Shown: one piece after another, positions 22,860-35,595 of the stretch
Numbering within the stretch: position 1 is the first letter of the stretch
How the letters are laid out: each line of letters starts with the position of its first letter
NCBI GenBank assembly: GCA_002269645.1
Contig: NIVC01001554.1
Location: forward strand, 124,001-188,000
DNA: 64,000 nucleotides
Source: Macrostomum lignano
Lineage: Eukaryota
Direction of reading: 5' to 3'
Position numbers and translations under genes: made by a program
Notes under the pieces: generated by a model
What the model was told of the DNA's origin: nothing
What the model saw: only the letters and a program-made list of their open reading frames with translations
Databases searched by the model: none

Positions 22860-24901
22860 CTCTGTCTCCGCCAGCCACTTCCTCTATGCCGAATTTTTCT
22901 CCCATCTGCCCCAATCCCCTCCTCAATGTTGAAGCTGCTGGCTATTCCCAAATAAAGCTGAAACCCAGAATTATCGATCCGGACTGCCAGCTCAATACCC
23001 GCGGGCGACTAAAAAAACTTGCCTTGATCATTTTTACTGTTGCTGGGAAAATCTAGACACTCTGGCAACTCTGGGATCTTTGGGGGGTAGAAATATAGCA
23101 GTGGCGCCTGTCATCGCCCCCCCTTAGTCATTTTATTAGCATTTTACCGGCTCACGGGGCAAGGAAAATCATAATTTTCAAGCAAACAGGCGGCTACAGA
23201 CCGACCGGCTAATCCTCTCATTTTGATGCCGGAGTCTCAACCCCTCCCCTACCCGAAAATTGCTGCTGCTGTGGGATAATTAAACCAAGCAGCGACTCTC
23301 TCACCCAACCCTAATCTTGCGGGCACGGAGGATTTCTCTGAAACTCTTCTCTCCGATTTTTTACAGATAGTTGGCCGCCTGGCAGGAAACGGTCTCCCTT
23401 ATCTCATTTCTCCCACTCCCTGAATCCCCAAACATTTGCTAGAATTAATCAGTCTCTCCCCCCTGCCTCCAGCCGCCTGTCGGAGTTGCCATGCTCAAAA
23501 GTCGATAAAAAGTGGCTGTCTTTTCTTCTGAGAAAATTTGAGCATGAAAAATTTATGACCTCCCACCAGAAGAGCCATATTTTTGGGATCTTGGAAAAAA
23601 TTCCCCGGGTGAGCTTGGCAATTAATGGCATCGATTGTCCTCAAAATGAAGCCGACAATTGCTGGCTCAGAATCAATAGTAGCTCGAGAGATTTAATATA
23701 CAAAAACGCTTCCATGGCAACACAGAGACGCAGGTGAAAAAATTGACACCTGACTTAAAAAAAATAATTTTTTTCTACGACTCTAATCTGTTTAGATAGG
23801 ACTTGACAATAAAAAATCTGATTGGATAATTGTGCTTATTATCTGCCATAGAGATAAAATGACCAACACAGCTAGCTGGCCACAGGCGCGCTGCGGGGCG
23901 CCACCAGAGCTCAAGACAATTTACAATGGACCCCCCGCCGAGTGTGGGGCTCGCGCAAATTCCTAGATAAACATTTCTTAGAAAACAGAAAACAGCCACA
24001 GGATGACGAGGCTGAAGAATTAGCCCCGGGAATGACGCAATTGAAGATCCTGGCCCCCAAAAATAAGGCAAGCGCAGTTCGGCGGGTGAGCAGGGGGGGG
24101 GGGCTTCTCTCTGTTAAAACAGCGACAGATTTGGAATTCGGGTTTCAACTGATAAGCGGGGGACGGGGGGCGGTCAAGTGTGGGCGAAAATTGATCAGAT
24201 AGAGGTGGGGATGAGGAACCCCGTCTCCCCTGAAGCCCCCGAGGGCAGAGTTCGGCTGTGGCCATACGCTGTGCTGCGGGCAGCATAATAACAGACTGTT
24301 GCTGCAGTCCGTGATTTCCCCAAAATACTTCAGCCGCCCTCCAGCTCAACTCCGCCCCCACCCGGCCCTTGAAAACCTGCTAATTACTGTGGCTAACTGT
24401 GGGATTAATCTCCCAAATGCCTGCGGGGCGATTCCCCCGAACCCCATCGAAGTGCTTGCGTGCCAGACTCCGCCGCTTGAGTTGCCGCCATCCCCGTAGC
24501 CTCCTTCATCATGGGATTAAATCCCCCCCAACCCAACTGAGGAATTCAAAATCGGCCCACCTGCAACAAGTGCTCTACTCGCGCTTGCAAATAGAAGCAG
24601 CAAAAAGTCAGAAATTAAACACGAAACAAAAAAGCGAAACTCGGGCGCAATTCAAGTAGAATCCACTATTTTCTAATTGATCTCACTCTGTCCCTTGCTT
24701 CACCGACTCCCACTCTGCAGTTTCACAACCGACTTGTTGTTTGAGTTGAGTTTGAAAAGGCTGAATAACTGCTCCCCAAAATTCTGTGTTTCGAGCTGCC
24801 AATTGCTTCCAGATGCTTAGCTTTGGCTTAATTTATACCCGCCCGGGTCCTCTGCGCTCCTACAAACCCTAGGAGGCACGCCTCACTCCATGGCTTACTG
24901 A

Positions 24902-26450
24902 CTCTGCTTTCCCTGATTCCCCTCTCTCTTATCTCTGCCGCTCTCTGATTCCCCTCTCTCTTATCTCCGCCGCTCTCTGATTCCCCTCTCTCTTATCTCT
25001 GCCGCTCTCTGATCCCCCCTCTCTCTTATCTCTGCCGCTCTCTGATCCTCCCTCTCTTATCTCTGCCGCTCTCTGATCCTCCCTCTCTTATCTCTGCCGC
25101 TCTCTGATCCTCCCTCTCTTATCTCTGCCGCTCTCTGATCCCCCTCTCTCTTATCTCTGCCGCTCTCTGATCCTCCCTCTCTCTTATCTCTGCCGCTCTC
25201 TGATCCTCCCTCTCTTATCTCTGCCGCTCTCTGATTCCCCCCTCTCTTATCTCTGCCGCTCTCTGATCCCCCCTCTCTCTTATCTCTGCCGCTCTCTGAT
25301 CCTCCCTCTCTCTTATCTCTGCCGCTCTCTGATTCCCCCCTCTCTTATCTCTGCCGCTCTCTGATTCCCCCCTCTCTGATCTCTGCCGCTCTCTGATCCT
25401 CCCTCTCTTATCTCTGCCGCTCTCTGATTCCCCCCTCTCTTATCTCTGCCGCTCTCTGATTCCTCCCTCTCTGATCTCTGCCGCTCTCTGATTCCCCCTC
25501 TCTCTTATCTCTGCCGCTCTCTGATTCCCCCTCTCTCTGATCTCTGCCGCTCTCTGATTCCCCCCTCTCTGATCTCTGCCGCTCTCTGATTCCCCCTCTC
25601 TCTGATCTCTGCCGCTCTCTGATTCCCCCCTCTCTGATCTCTGCCGCTCTCTGATCCCCCCTCTCTCTTATCTCTGCCGCTCTCTGATCCTCCCTCTCTT
25701 ATCTCTGCCGCTCTCTGATCCCCCCTCTCTCTTATCTCTGCCGCTCTCTGATTCCCCCTCTCTTATCTCTGCCGCTCTCTGATTCCCCCTCTCTGATCTC
25801 TGCCGCTCTCTGATTCCCCCCTCTCTGATCTCTGCCGCTCTCTGATTCCCCCTCTCTGATCTCTGCCGCTCTCTGATTCCCCCCTCTCTGATCTCTGCCG
25901 CTCTCTGATCCTCCCTCTCTTATCTCTGCCGCTCTCTGATTCCCCCCTCTCTTATCTCTGCCGCTCTCTGATTCCCCCCTCTCTGATCTCTGCCGCTCTC
26001 TGATTCCCCCCTCTCTGATCTCTGCCGCTCTCTGATTCCCCCTCTCTCTTATCTCTGCCGCTCTCTGATTCCCCCCTCTCTGATCTCTGCCGCTCTCTGA
26101 TTCCCCCTCTCTCTGATCTCTGCCGCTCTCTGATTCCCCCCTCTCTTATCTCTGCCGCTCTCTGATTCCCCCTCTCTCTGATCTCTGCCGCTCTCTGATT
26201 CCCCCCTCTCTTATCTCTGCCGCTCTCTGATTCCCCCTCTCTCTGATCTCTGCCGCTCTCTGATTCCCCCTCTCTCTTATCTCTGCCGCTCTCTGATTCC
26301 CCCTCTCTCTGATCTCTGCCGCTCTCTGATTCCCCCCTCTCTTATCTCTGCCGCTCTCTGATTCCCCCTCTCTTATCTCTGCCGCTCTCTGATTCCCCCT
26401 CTCTCTTATCTCTGCCGCTCTCTGATTCCCCCTCTCTCTTATCTCTGCTG
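24902..26450. repeat. ~33-35-bp pyrimidine-rich minisatellite (ATCTCTGCCGCTCTCTGATTCCCCCTCTCTT)n
   Basis: Direct reading; ends about 45 bp from the exon-3 donor. Confidence 0.95.
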
Positions 26451-26496
26451 CTCTCTTTCATCTATCTCTCCTTCAACCCCTCTGCCCCTCACTCAC

Positions 26497-26727
26497 CCAG
26501 CCTCCCTGCAGAGTGACCCAGCAGGCCACGCGGTGCCGCACGAAGGCCAGCGACCAGGCCAGGAGGCGGCGGAACCAGTTCACGCCGAATTCCAGCAGGC
26601 CGCGGATGGCCACATCGGAGCAGAAGAAGAACAGCACGACAACTCGCTCGCGGGTGACGCCGCCGCGAAAGAAGAGCTCGGTAAGTAGGGCGTCGAAATC
26701 GGTCGCCGTGATCTGCTGGACTGGCAC
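26497..26727 (-). CDS. Bcl-2 family protein, exon 3 (BH1 and BH2)
   Basis: Acceptor CCCCAG|GTG and donor GGCTGG|GTGAGT; 77 codons. ELFFRGGVTRERVVVLFFF (BH1-like) and WVTLQGGW (BH2). Confidence 0.88.
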
Positions 26728-26887
26728 CTGGGGCAGGAAATTTGGTGAAACTGAAGTAATGAGATTGCTGGATGATTTTTACTTTGAGACCGGTTGAGCC
26801 TTTAATGCAAAGCAGGGATATCTTTGCTATCTGTTGCTTTGTCTCTTAATTTCTAAGCCTTGAAAATATTCCTCAGATTTTATTCGT

Positions 26888-27635
26888 TACCTCTCCCACT
26901 CTCTCTTCCTGGCTACCTTTCAACTCTACCTCTTCCTAGCTACCTCTCTACACTACCTCTTCCTAGCTACCTCTCTACTCTACCTCTTCCTAGCTACCTC
27001 TCTACTCTACCTCTTCCTAGCTACCTCTCTACTCTACCTCTTCCTAGCTACCTCTCTACTCTACCTCTTCCTAGCTACCTCTCTACTCTACCTCTTCCTA
27101 GCTACCTCTCTACTCTACCTCTTCCTAGCTACCTCTCTACTCTACCTCTTCCTATCTACCTCTCCCACTCTACCTCTTCCTAGCTACCTCTCTACTCTAT
27201 CTCTTCCTAGCTACCTCTCTACTCTATCTCTTCCTAGCTACCTCTCTACTCTATCTCTTCCTATCTACCTCTCCCACTCTACCTCTTCCTAGCTACCTCT
27301 CTACTCTATCTCTTCCTAGCTACCTCTCTACTCTATCTCTTCCTAGCTACCTCTCTACTCTATCTCTTCCTAGCTACCTTTCTACTCTACCTTTTCCTAG
27401 CTACCTCTTTACTCTATCTCTTCCTATCTACCTCTCCCACTCTACCTCTTCCTAGCTACCTCTCTACTCTATCTCTTCCTATCTACCTCTCCCACTCTAC
27501 CTCTTCCTAGCTACCTCTCTACTCTATCTCTTCCTATCTACCTCTCCCACTCTACCTCTTCCTAGCTACCTCTCTACTCTATCTCTTCCTATCTACCTCT
27601 CCCACTCTACCTCTTTCTATCTACCTCTAACACTA
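26888..27635. repeat. 27-bp minisatellite (CTACCTCTTCCTAGCTACCTCTCTACT)n
   Basis: Direct reading. Confidence 0.95.
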
Positions 27636-28839
27636 TCCATTAATATCTACATCTCCCAATCTACTATCATCTATTCCCTCTCCAGTTAAGTTATCTTACC
27701 CCCCCCCCTGTTCTGCTCACACTCACTGGACCCCACGAGTCACAACTGAAGTGTTGTCAGCCTTTCCCAATTTGCTCATGCATAAAAGTAAATATTAAAA
27801 ACAGATTTTTAACACCCCTTGCTCTCGGCTGGACAAAGCAGCACTTGAAATCAACTACTAAGTTATGCAAATACTTTAGCGCATTCTCATCAACTTGACA
27901 CTGTCACACAGCTTAAAGAAAGAGTTTCAGAAAATATCTGACATGAATAATGATTGCGCAATCAAGCTCAGGACAGACGGAATTCTCGCTGCTCGAAAAG
28001 TTAACAAAAAATTCCAAGTGGCCGCTACCTATTCTAAGTAGGAGAAGAAGACAGGATGGAGGCCCAGCTAGCTGAATTATTCAAATCCATACTCAAAACT
28101 TACGATTATGAAAAATGAACAAGCTTATAACCTTTTTAAAGCTTGATAGCTGAGAAATATAATGAGACAAAAAAGGCAGTAATTAAAAAATTTGGTTGGT
28201 CTGTTTAGGTCGCGAGGTGAGTCGGTGGGGGGGGGGGTCGAGGCTGGGCAGGCCGGGGCCTGCAGGCGGGCATGGAAACCGCGGAGGTTTAAAAAAAGCC
28301 GAGGCTGAAGAGACATGCAGAGCGGATTATTAGCCTTCCGAGTCTGTCCCGACCCTCGGGGTCACCGCCGGAGCCGCTGGCTGGGAGGCCAACTTCTGTT
28401 GTCAGGCGAAAGCGGGGAAAACGTTGAGACGAGACCGGAATGCGCAATCCGAGTTGCCACCCAGGATTTTGGGGTTGCGGAAAATTGAGAAGAAAATCTG
28501 AGAAATGAGCGGCTTTGATGTGAAAGACTTCGGGTCACGCGGGGGCTCGGCCCGACTCGACCTCAGAACTGTGAGCAGGTGCTCACTCAGCGGGCTACTA
28601 CAAAATGACCCCCACCCTGGCAACAGGGTGACTTTGACTGGTTTTCACCCAACCAGAGGTCATTGGAATAGAAAAGAAAATCGAACAGATTCCAGTCCAG
28701 CAGCTCAGGAAAGGAATTCAACCTATTTTTTTCAGACACTGCTTAAAAAACAACAGGCCCCGGTATCTGGGCTGGGATTGACTATTTTTTTATGAAGAAA
28801 CTAAAAAAATAAACACCTTTTTCAAGTGAAAAGAAGAAG

Positions 28840-29165
28840 GAACGGGAAGAAAAGAGAGGAAAGGGGAGGGGAGAGAGGAGAGGGGAGAGAGGAGAGGGGA
28901 GAGAGGAGAGGGGAGAGAGAAGAGATGAGAGAGAAGAGATGAGAGAGGAAGGAGGATCGAGAGGGGAGAGAAGAGAGAGGGGAGAGAAGAGAGAGGGGAG
29001 AGAAGAGAGAGGGGAGAGAAGAGAGGAGAGAGGAGAGGGGAGAGAAGAGAGGAGAGGGGAGGGGAGAGAGAGTAGAGATGGGAGAGGGGAGAGATGGGAG
29101 AGAGGAGAGAGGAGAGGGAGGAGAGAGGGGAGGGAGAGGAGAGAGGAGAGTAGAGGAGAGGGGAG
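28840..29165. repeat. GA-rich low-complexity tract
   Basis: Nearly pure A/G on the plus strand. Confidence 0.9.
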
Positions 29166-29360
29166 AGGCGAAAGAGTAAGAGCAGATGATAAGAAGGCAG
29201 ATATTAAAAGTAATAACGAGAGCTCAAAAGCGCACAGAACTGAAACGCGCAGAAGGCATGACAACAAAAGCAGCAGTAGAGCAAAAAGTTCCATAACGAA
29301 TCTCAAATACAAGCAATGCCAACTAAATTGCTGTGTTAGACGGCTGTTTAACAGTGCCGG

Positions 29361-29800
29361 CACTCTGGGACAAGCACTCTGGCACAAGCACACAGGCACA
29401 AGCACACTGGCACAAGCACACTGGCACAAGCACACAGGCACAAGCACACTGGCACAAGCACACTGGCACAAGCACTCTGGCACAAGCACTCTGGCACAAG
29501 CACTCTGGCACAAGCACTCTGGCACAAGCACACTGGCACAAGCACACTGGCACAAGCACACTGGCACAAGCACTCTGGCACAAGCACACTGGCACAAGCA
29601 CACTGGCACAAGCACTCTGGCACAAGCACACTGGCACAAGCACTCTGGCACAAGCACTCTGGCACAAGCACTCTGGCACAAGCACTCTGGCACAAGCACT
29701 CTGGCACAAGCACACTGGCACAAGCACACTGGCACAAGCACTCTGGCACAAGCACTCTGGCACAAGCACACTGGCACAAGCACTCTGGCACAAGCACACT
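29361..29800. repeat. 14-bp minisatellite (CTGGCACAAGCACW)n
   Basis: Direct reading; starts immediately at the exon-2 donor. Confidence 0.95.
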
Positions 29801-29803
29801 CAC

Positions 29804-29921
29804 CCGTCTGGCCTGCTGGCGCACGCGCTGCCGCTCGCGGGACCGGTTGAACTCTTCGGCGAGGTCGCGCAGAACCAGACCGGCCCGGCGCCACTGCTCT
29901 CGTCCGGACGCGGCCGCTGGC
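29804..29921 (-). CDS. Bcl-2 family protein, exon 2 (BH3)
   Basis: Acceptor TTCCAG|G (phase 2) and donor CGG|GTGAGT (phase 0). WRRAGLVLRDLAEEFNRS is a BH3-like helix. Confidence 0.85.
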
Positions 29922-29954
29922 CTGGAATTCCAGGGTAACCGCGAGAGTGAGGAA

Positions 29955-30091
29955 AGACTAGGGTTGGGGAAGATTAGGGTTGGGGAAGATTAGGGTTGGG
30001 GAAGATTAGGGTTGGGAAAGATTAGGGTTGGGGAAGATTAGGTTTGGGGAAGATGATTAGGGTTGGGAGGTTGGGGATGATTAGGATTGGA
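29955..30091. repeat. 16-bp G-rich minisatellite (AGATTAGGGTTGGGGA)n filling intron 1
   Basis: Direct reading, about 8 units within a 211-bp intron. Confidence 0.9.
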
Positions 30092-30132
30092 GGTCTTGAA
30101 AAATCCCTCTCTCCCTCAGCCAGAGAACTCAC

Positions 30133-30521
30133 TCAGCATCCGGCATCGTCACGAGCTCGACAGCTCGCCGCTCCGCCAGTCCCGCCGGCCGGTCCGGCAG
30201 CCGCTCAATCTCGTGGGCCACAAAGTCGCTGAACAGCCGGGCGCCGTCTCTGGCCGCCGCCGACGTCACATCGGCGACCTCCAGCTGCGGTAGCGTCGGC
30301 GGCTCGGACTCGACCACCTCTGACGGCTGCTGGCGGCGAGCGTCTCGGGGCAGCAGGTCCGGCCCGACCCCGGTGAAAGTCACTTCGAGTGGAGGCGGCC
30401 GGCGAGGCCTCGGAATGCCGTTGCCGCCGCCGTCGCCGCTGCCACCTCCGCCGTTGCCGGAAATCCGCAGGCGCAGACAGGAGGGCGGCTTCCCGCCACC
30501 GTTACCGCGGTTGGACGACAT
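30133..30521 (-). CDS. Bcl-2 family protein, exon 1 (disordered N-terminus and BH4/alpha1-like helix)
   Basis: ATG at 30521; ARDGARLFSDFVAHEIER resembles Bax/Bak helix 1; donor GCTGA|GTGAGT, phase 2. The four joined exons give 852 nt (283 aa) with no internal stop. Confidence 0.8.
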
Positions 30522-31362
30522 GCTGTGAGTCGCTGTATTCGAGTATCTCTAATTTAGCCGATTTGAGCTCAAATATTGAGCAAGAAAAGGATGGAACCCG
30601 TCTGCTTGATTTGGTTTGGCCTCGACTCCAGGCTCTGTCCCAGGCTCAAAGCCTTCCGACACAGGATATTTATTGATAATCCGCGGGGTTCGCAGCCACC
30701 CCAGCGCCTCTCCCAGCCCTCCGCCCGAAAATCGGCCACGTCCTACCAGGAGCAGCAGCAGCAGCAGGAGCAGCAATCAGCAAAGCGCCTCTCAGCCCCC
30801 ATTGTCTCCCCTCAACCTGGCAAAGCGGTCCAATGAGCCGCCATCTCTGCCGCTGATTGGCTGGCTGAGCTCGGAGAATTCTGCCACCAACAGCTCGCTT
30901 ATCAATTAGTCAGCACAATTGATGAAATTGTTAATCGTAACTCTGCGCGGACTAGATGAAGGTCAAGTTAAAACAAATCTGCACTCGAACGCGTTCCAAT
31001 GATAATTATAATTTGTTAAAGCATGCCAACAGCAGTAAACATTAGAGAAATCCATTCTCCATATTTCTACTTACTTACAATTTGTCAATTAACACACAAA
31101 AACTGGAGTCCACTCGAGTGGCACTTCAATCTGAGAAATGCACTATTAGTCAAAGGCTGTTAATTGCTTGTCAGTCAGAATCTGTGAAGTGGCAATGGCC
31201 AAGGTTAAAATCTGTTAGAGTGTTGCGCACTTGACTGCATCAGGTTCGCCACACTGCCCCATCATGCAATACAAACAAATGAACTTTGAAGAGTGCATTT
31301 GTACTTTAAAAGAGAGAAATTCGATGATTAAAAGTTCCAATTGTACTTTGAAGCTCGTATCA

Positions 31363-32805
31363 TTTAGTTCAGGTGAGATTTTAGCGCCAATTTAGTTCAG
31401 GTGAGATTTTAGCGCCAATTCAGTTCAGGTGAGATTTTAGCGCCAATTCAAGTTTAGGTCAGGTGAGATTTTAGCGTCAATTCAAGTTTAGGTCAGGTGA
31501 GATTTTAGCGCCAATTCAAGTTTAGCTCAGGTGAGATTTTAGCGCCAATTCAAGTTTAGCTCAGGTGAGATTTTAGCGCCAATTCAGTTCAGGTGAGATT
31601 TTAGCGCCAATTCAGTTCAGGTGAGATTTTAGCGCCAATTTAGTTCAGGTGAGATTTTAGCGCCAATTCAGTTCAGGTGAGATTTTAGCGCCAATTTAAT
31701 TCAGATGAGATTTTAGCGCCAATTCAATTTTAGGTCAGGTGAGATTTTAGCGCCAATTCAAGTTTAGCTCAGGTGAGATTTTAGCGCCAATTCAGTTCAG
31801 GTGAGATTTTAGCGCCAATTTAGTTCAGGTGAGATTTTAGCGCCAATTCAAGTTTAGGTCAGGTGAGATTTTAGCGCCAATTCAAGTTTAGGTGAGATTT
31901 TAGCGCCAATTCAGTTCAGGTGAGATTTTAGCGATAATTCAGTTCAGGTGAGATTTTAGCGCCAATTTAGTTCAGGTGAGATTTTAGCGCCAATTCAGTT
32001 CAGGTGAGATTTTAGCGCCAATTCAAGTTTAGGTCAGGTGAGATTTTAGCGCCAATTCAAGTTTAGCTCAGGTGAGATTTTAGCGCCAATTCAGTTCAGG
32101 TGAGATTTTAGCGATAATTAAGTTCAGGTGAGATTTTAGCGATAATTCAGTTCAGGTGAGATTTTAGCGCCAATTTAGTTCAGGTGAGATTTTAGCGCCA
32201 ATTCAGTTCAGGTGAGATTTTAGCGCCAATTCAAGTTTAGGTCAGGTGAGATTTTAGCGCCAATTCAAGTTTAGCTCAGGTGAGATTTTAGCGCCAATTC
32301 AGTTCAGGTGAGATTTTAGCGCCAATTCAGTTCAGGTGAGATTTTAGCGCCAATTCAGTTCAGGTGAGATTTTAGCGCCACTTCAAGTTTAGGTCAGGTG
32401 AGATTTTAGCGCCAATTCAATTTTAGCTCAGGTGAGATTTTAGCGCCAATTCAGTTCAGGTGAGATTTTAGTGATAATTCAGTTCAGGTGAGATTTTAGC
32501 GATAATTCAGTTCAGGTGAGATTTTAGCGCCAATTTAGTTCAGGTGAGATTTTAGCGCCAATTCAGTTCAGGTGAGATTTTAGCGCCAATTCAAGTTTAG
32601 GTCAGGTGAGATTTTAGCGCCAATTCAAGTTTAGGTCAGGTGAGATTTTAGCGATAATTCAGTTCAGGTGAGATTTTAGCGATAATTCAGTTCAGGTGAG
32701 ATTTTAGCGCCAATTTAGCTCAGGTGAGATTTTAGCGCCAATTCAGTTCAGGTGAGATTTTAGCGCCAATTCAAGTTTAGGTCAGGTGAGACTTTAGCAC
32801 CAATT
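31363..32805. repeat. ~28-35-bp minisatellite with core CAGGTGAGATTTTAGCGCCAAT
   Basis: Direct reading; variable linkers (TCAGTT, TCAAGTTTAGGT). Confidence 0.95.
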
Positions 32806-33549
32806 TATAGTGAGTACGCCATCCCAAGTTCCCTAGGGGAAAGGGGGTTGGGGTTGGGCGAGGAAATCTTGATGACATTTTGGCATCGCGGGTCCAAATT
32901 CAGAATGCCAGTGGCATCTATGTACCATAAAAAGTGCCAGGAAAGAAGGAAGGAATGCGACAGTCTCGCATACTAATTGTGGATAAGTCGCTACATAAAG
33001 AGGCTCTAGATACAGTTGCTATGGCGGTGCAGTTGGAAATCTCCCAAGAGAACGCTGGCACCTTAAGCTCCTCTTGTACACTCAGTTGTAGCAAAAGAAG
33101 CTCCACTCAGTTTTATTTGTCGTGGAAAAAGGCAATTCAGCCCCAGAGTTGCAAAACTCTGAAACACAAGCTCACGAGTTCAGTTCTTTTATTCAACTGA
33201 ATTTTTTGTAGCTGGTAATGCAATACTCGCTGCTCAGTCCCCTGAGATGATACACAGTCAAGTCATTTCTGCGCAACCGGCTTAGCAACTAAAAATTGAA
33301 ATTTTAGCTGGAGAAACACCGCCCCACACCTCAAGTCGGTGTTTCAGAGATAAAAACGGGAAGCTATTAATTGTTCGCTACATCCCAGGCGTTTCTAGTT
33401 TCGTTTGTAGAAAGCAACTGCATTTAGATTTCATAATTTCATTTAGTCTGCTATGTTGCTGGAAACCAAACATCTGCTCTCACACACAGGAACCTCAGCC
33501 CTCTCTAACATTTATTCATTGTCATTTACCCTCTCTCCATGCTATCTTA

Positions 33550-33915
33550 GCCTATATTAACCATGCTATCTGGCTACTTCTCCCTCTCCTACCCCTAGCT
33601 ACTTCTCCCCCTCCTATCCTTAGCTACTTCTCCCCCTCCTACCCATAGCTACTTCTCACCCTCCTACCCTTAGCTACTTCTCCCCCTCCTACCCATAGCT
33701 ACTTCCCCTACCCAACTACTCCCCCCTCCTACCCCCTAGCTACTTCTCCCCTCATATCCCTTAGCTACTTCTCCCCTCATATCCCTTAGCTACTTCTCCC
33801 CTCATATCCCCTAGCAAATTCTCCCCTCATATCCCTTAGCTACTTCTCCCCTCCTACCCTAAGCTAATTCTCCCTTTCCTACCTATAGCTACGTGTCCCC
33901 CTCCTACACCTAGCT
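33550..33915. repeat. Degenerate ~25-bp minisatellite (CCCTAGCTACTTCTCCCCTCCTA)n
   Basis: Direct reading. Confidence 0.8.
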
Positions 33916-35013
33916 ATTTTCTTGCCTTTCTAACTACCTCTACCTCCTCTCCTTACTTATATCCGTCTCTCCCTACTTCTCTATCCAACCTATTTGTCAT
34001 TCTCTTCTTTACTAATTGAAGAAACTAAATGGCATTCTATATTCCAACTTCCTCTATTCTTGCACTCGCTCAAAGATTTCGCTGTAGACCTGCAGAGGCG
34101 ACAGAGGAAAAGCATCTTGCCAAGAACACACAAGAGTTGTAAATCATTCCCCACACGGCAGCGGATGTAGCAGAAGGTTAAGCCAGCCCGGGTAACTCTA
34201 ATAATTCTCAATTGTGCCTCTCCACTATCACTTAGCCGGCCATTTTGTGGAAGAATTCCGAACCCTACACTAACACACCTCACTGCAGTTTGCTTCAGGC
34301 AGTTTAGACCGCCGTGTACCGGGAGAGCAATCTGCGCAAATAATTGTGTTTCTCCCTGCTGCAGCCCTGGATACATTTTCTCCCAACCCACCGGGAAGAG
34401 GGACAGGAAATCGGGGCCGAGGATAAGTTCCATACAGGCGTGCGTTTTGTTGCGGCTTCTTCTAGTAGAGAAAAAAGATGAAAGATTGGGTTTAAAAGGT
34501 GACGATGAATCGGCCACTTACGATTCAATTTGCCCGAAAGATACGGCTAGAAGAATAGATAATAAAGCACGCCCGGCGCACTCCAGAGCGCCGTCATTGC
34601 AATAAACATAAAAAAATTGGTATTGCTTGTCGCTGAATTTTCTCTTCTTTTTCAGCGAAAGCAAAAGCAAGGAGCGGCCGGGGAGAACACGAAGGAACTG
34701 CGCACATGCCCGCTTGGCGGCAGCGGCAGCGGATGGATGACACACGCAAACAAATCCACAATGTAGCCAAACTGCATTGCAGCCATAAAACTTCTCGGCT
34801 TCGCGAGAACTGCTTTAAATTAGAAGAATTATTGCTTTGGCCAGGTTGCTGCCTCCTTATCTTGGAGACGGAAACCCAGAGGGAAGGAGCGCCTCTCACT
34901 TCTGCTGCCTGCAATAATCTGCGAATGTAGCCGAATTGGAAAATTGCTGCGGAGGTCTCTCGATCCTTTTTTATAAACCAAATTGCTTTGCTCCTTTGCT
35001 GGCTTTGTGCTTC

Positions 35014-35057
35014 CTGTCTGTCTGTCTGTCTGTCTGTCTGTCTGATTGTCTGTCTGA

Positions 35058-35103
<46 letters not shown>

Positions 35104-35105
35104 GA

Positions 35106-35147
<42 letters not shown>

Positions 35148-35160
35148 GCTTGTCTGTCTG

Positions 35161-35200
<40 letters not shown>

Positions 35201-35205
35201 GTCTA

Positions 35206-35244
<39 letters not shown>

Positions 35245-35258
35245 GATTGTCTGTCTGA

Positions 35259-35304
<46 letters not shown>

Positions 35305-35306
35305 GA

Positions 35307-35367
<61 letters not shown>

Positions 35368-35372
35368 GTCTA

Positions 35373-35406
<34 letters not shown>

Positions 35407-35427
35407 GTCTATCTGTCTGTCTGTCTG

Positions 35428-35460
<33 letters not shown>

Positions 35461-35463
35461 ATG

Positions 35464-35528
<65 letters not shown>

Positions 35529-35595
35529 GTGTCTGATTGTCTGTCTGTCTGTCTGTCTGCCTGTTTGTCTCTCTGTCTGTCTGTCTGCATGTCTG
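35014..35595. repeat. (GTCT)n tetranucleotide microsatellite
   Basis: Direct reading. Confidence 0.98.

Noticed and set aside
33990-34517. 175-aa minus ORF
   Set aside because: No domain similarity, and its composition is unlike the GC-rich true exons in this window.
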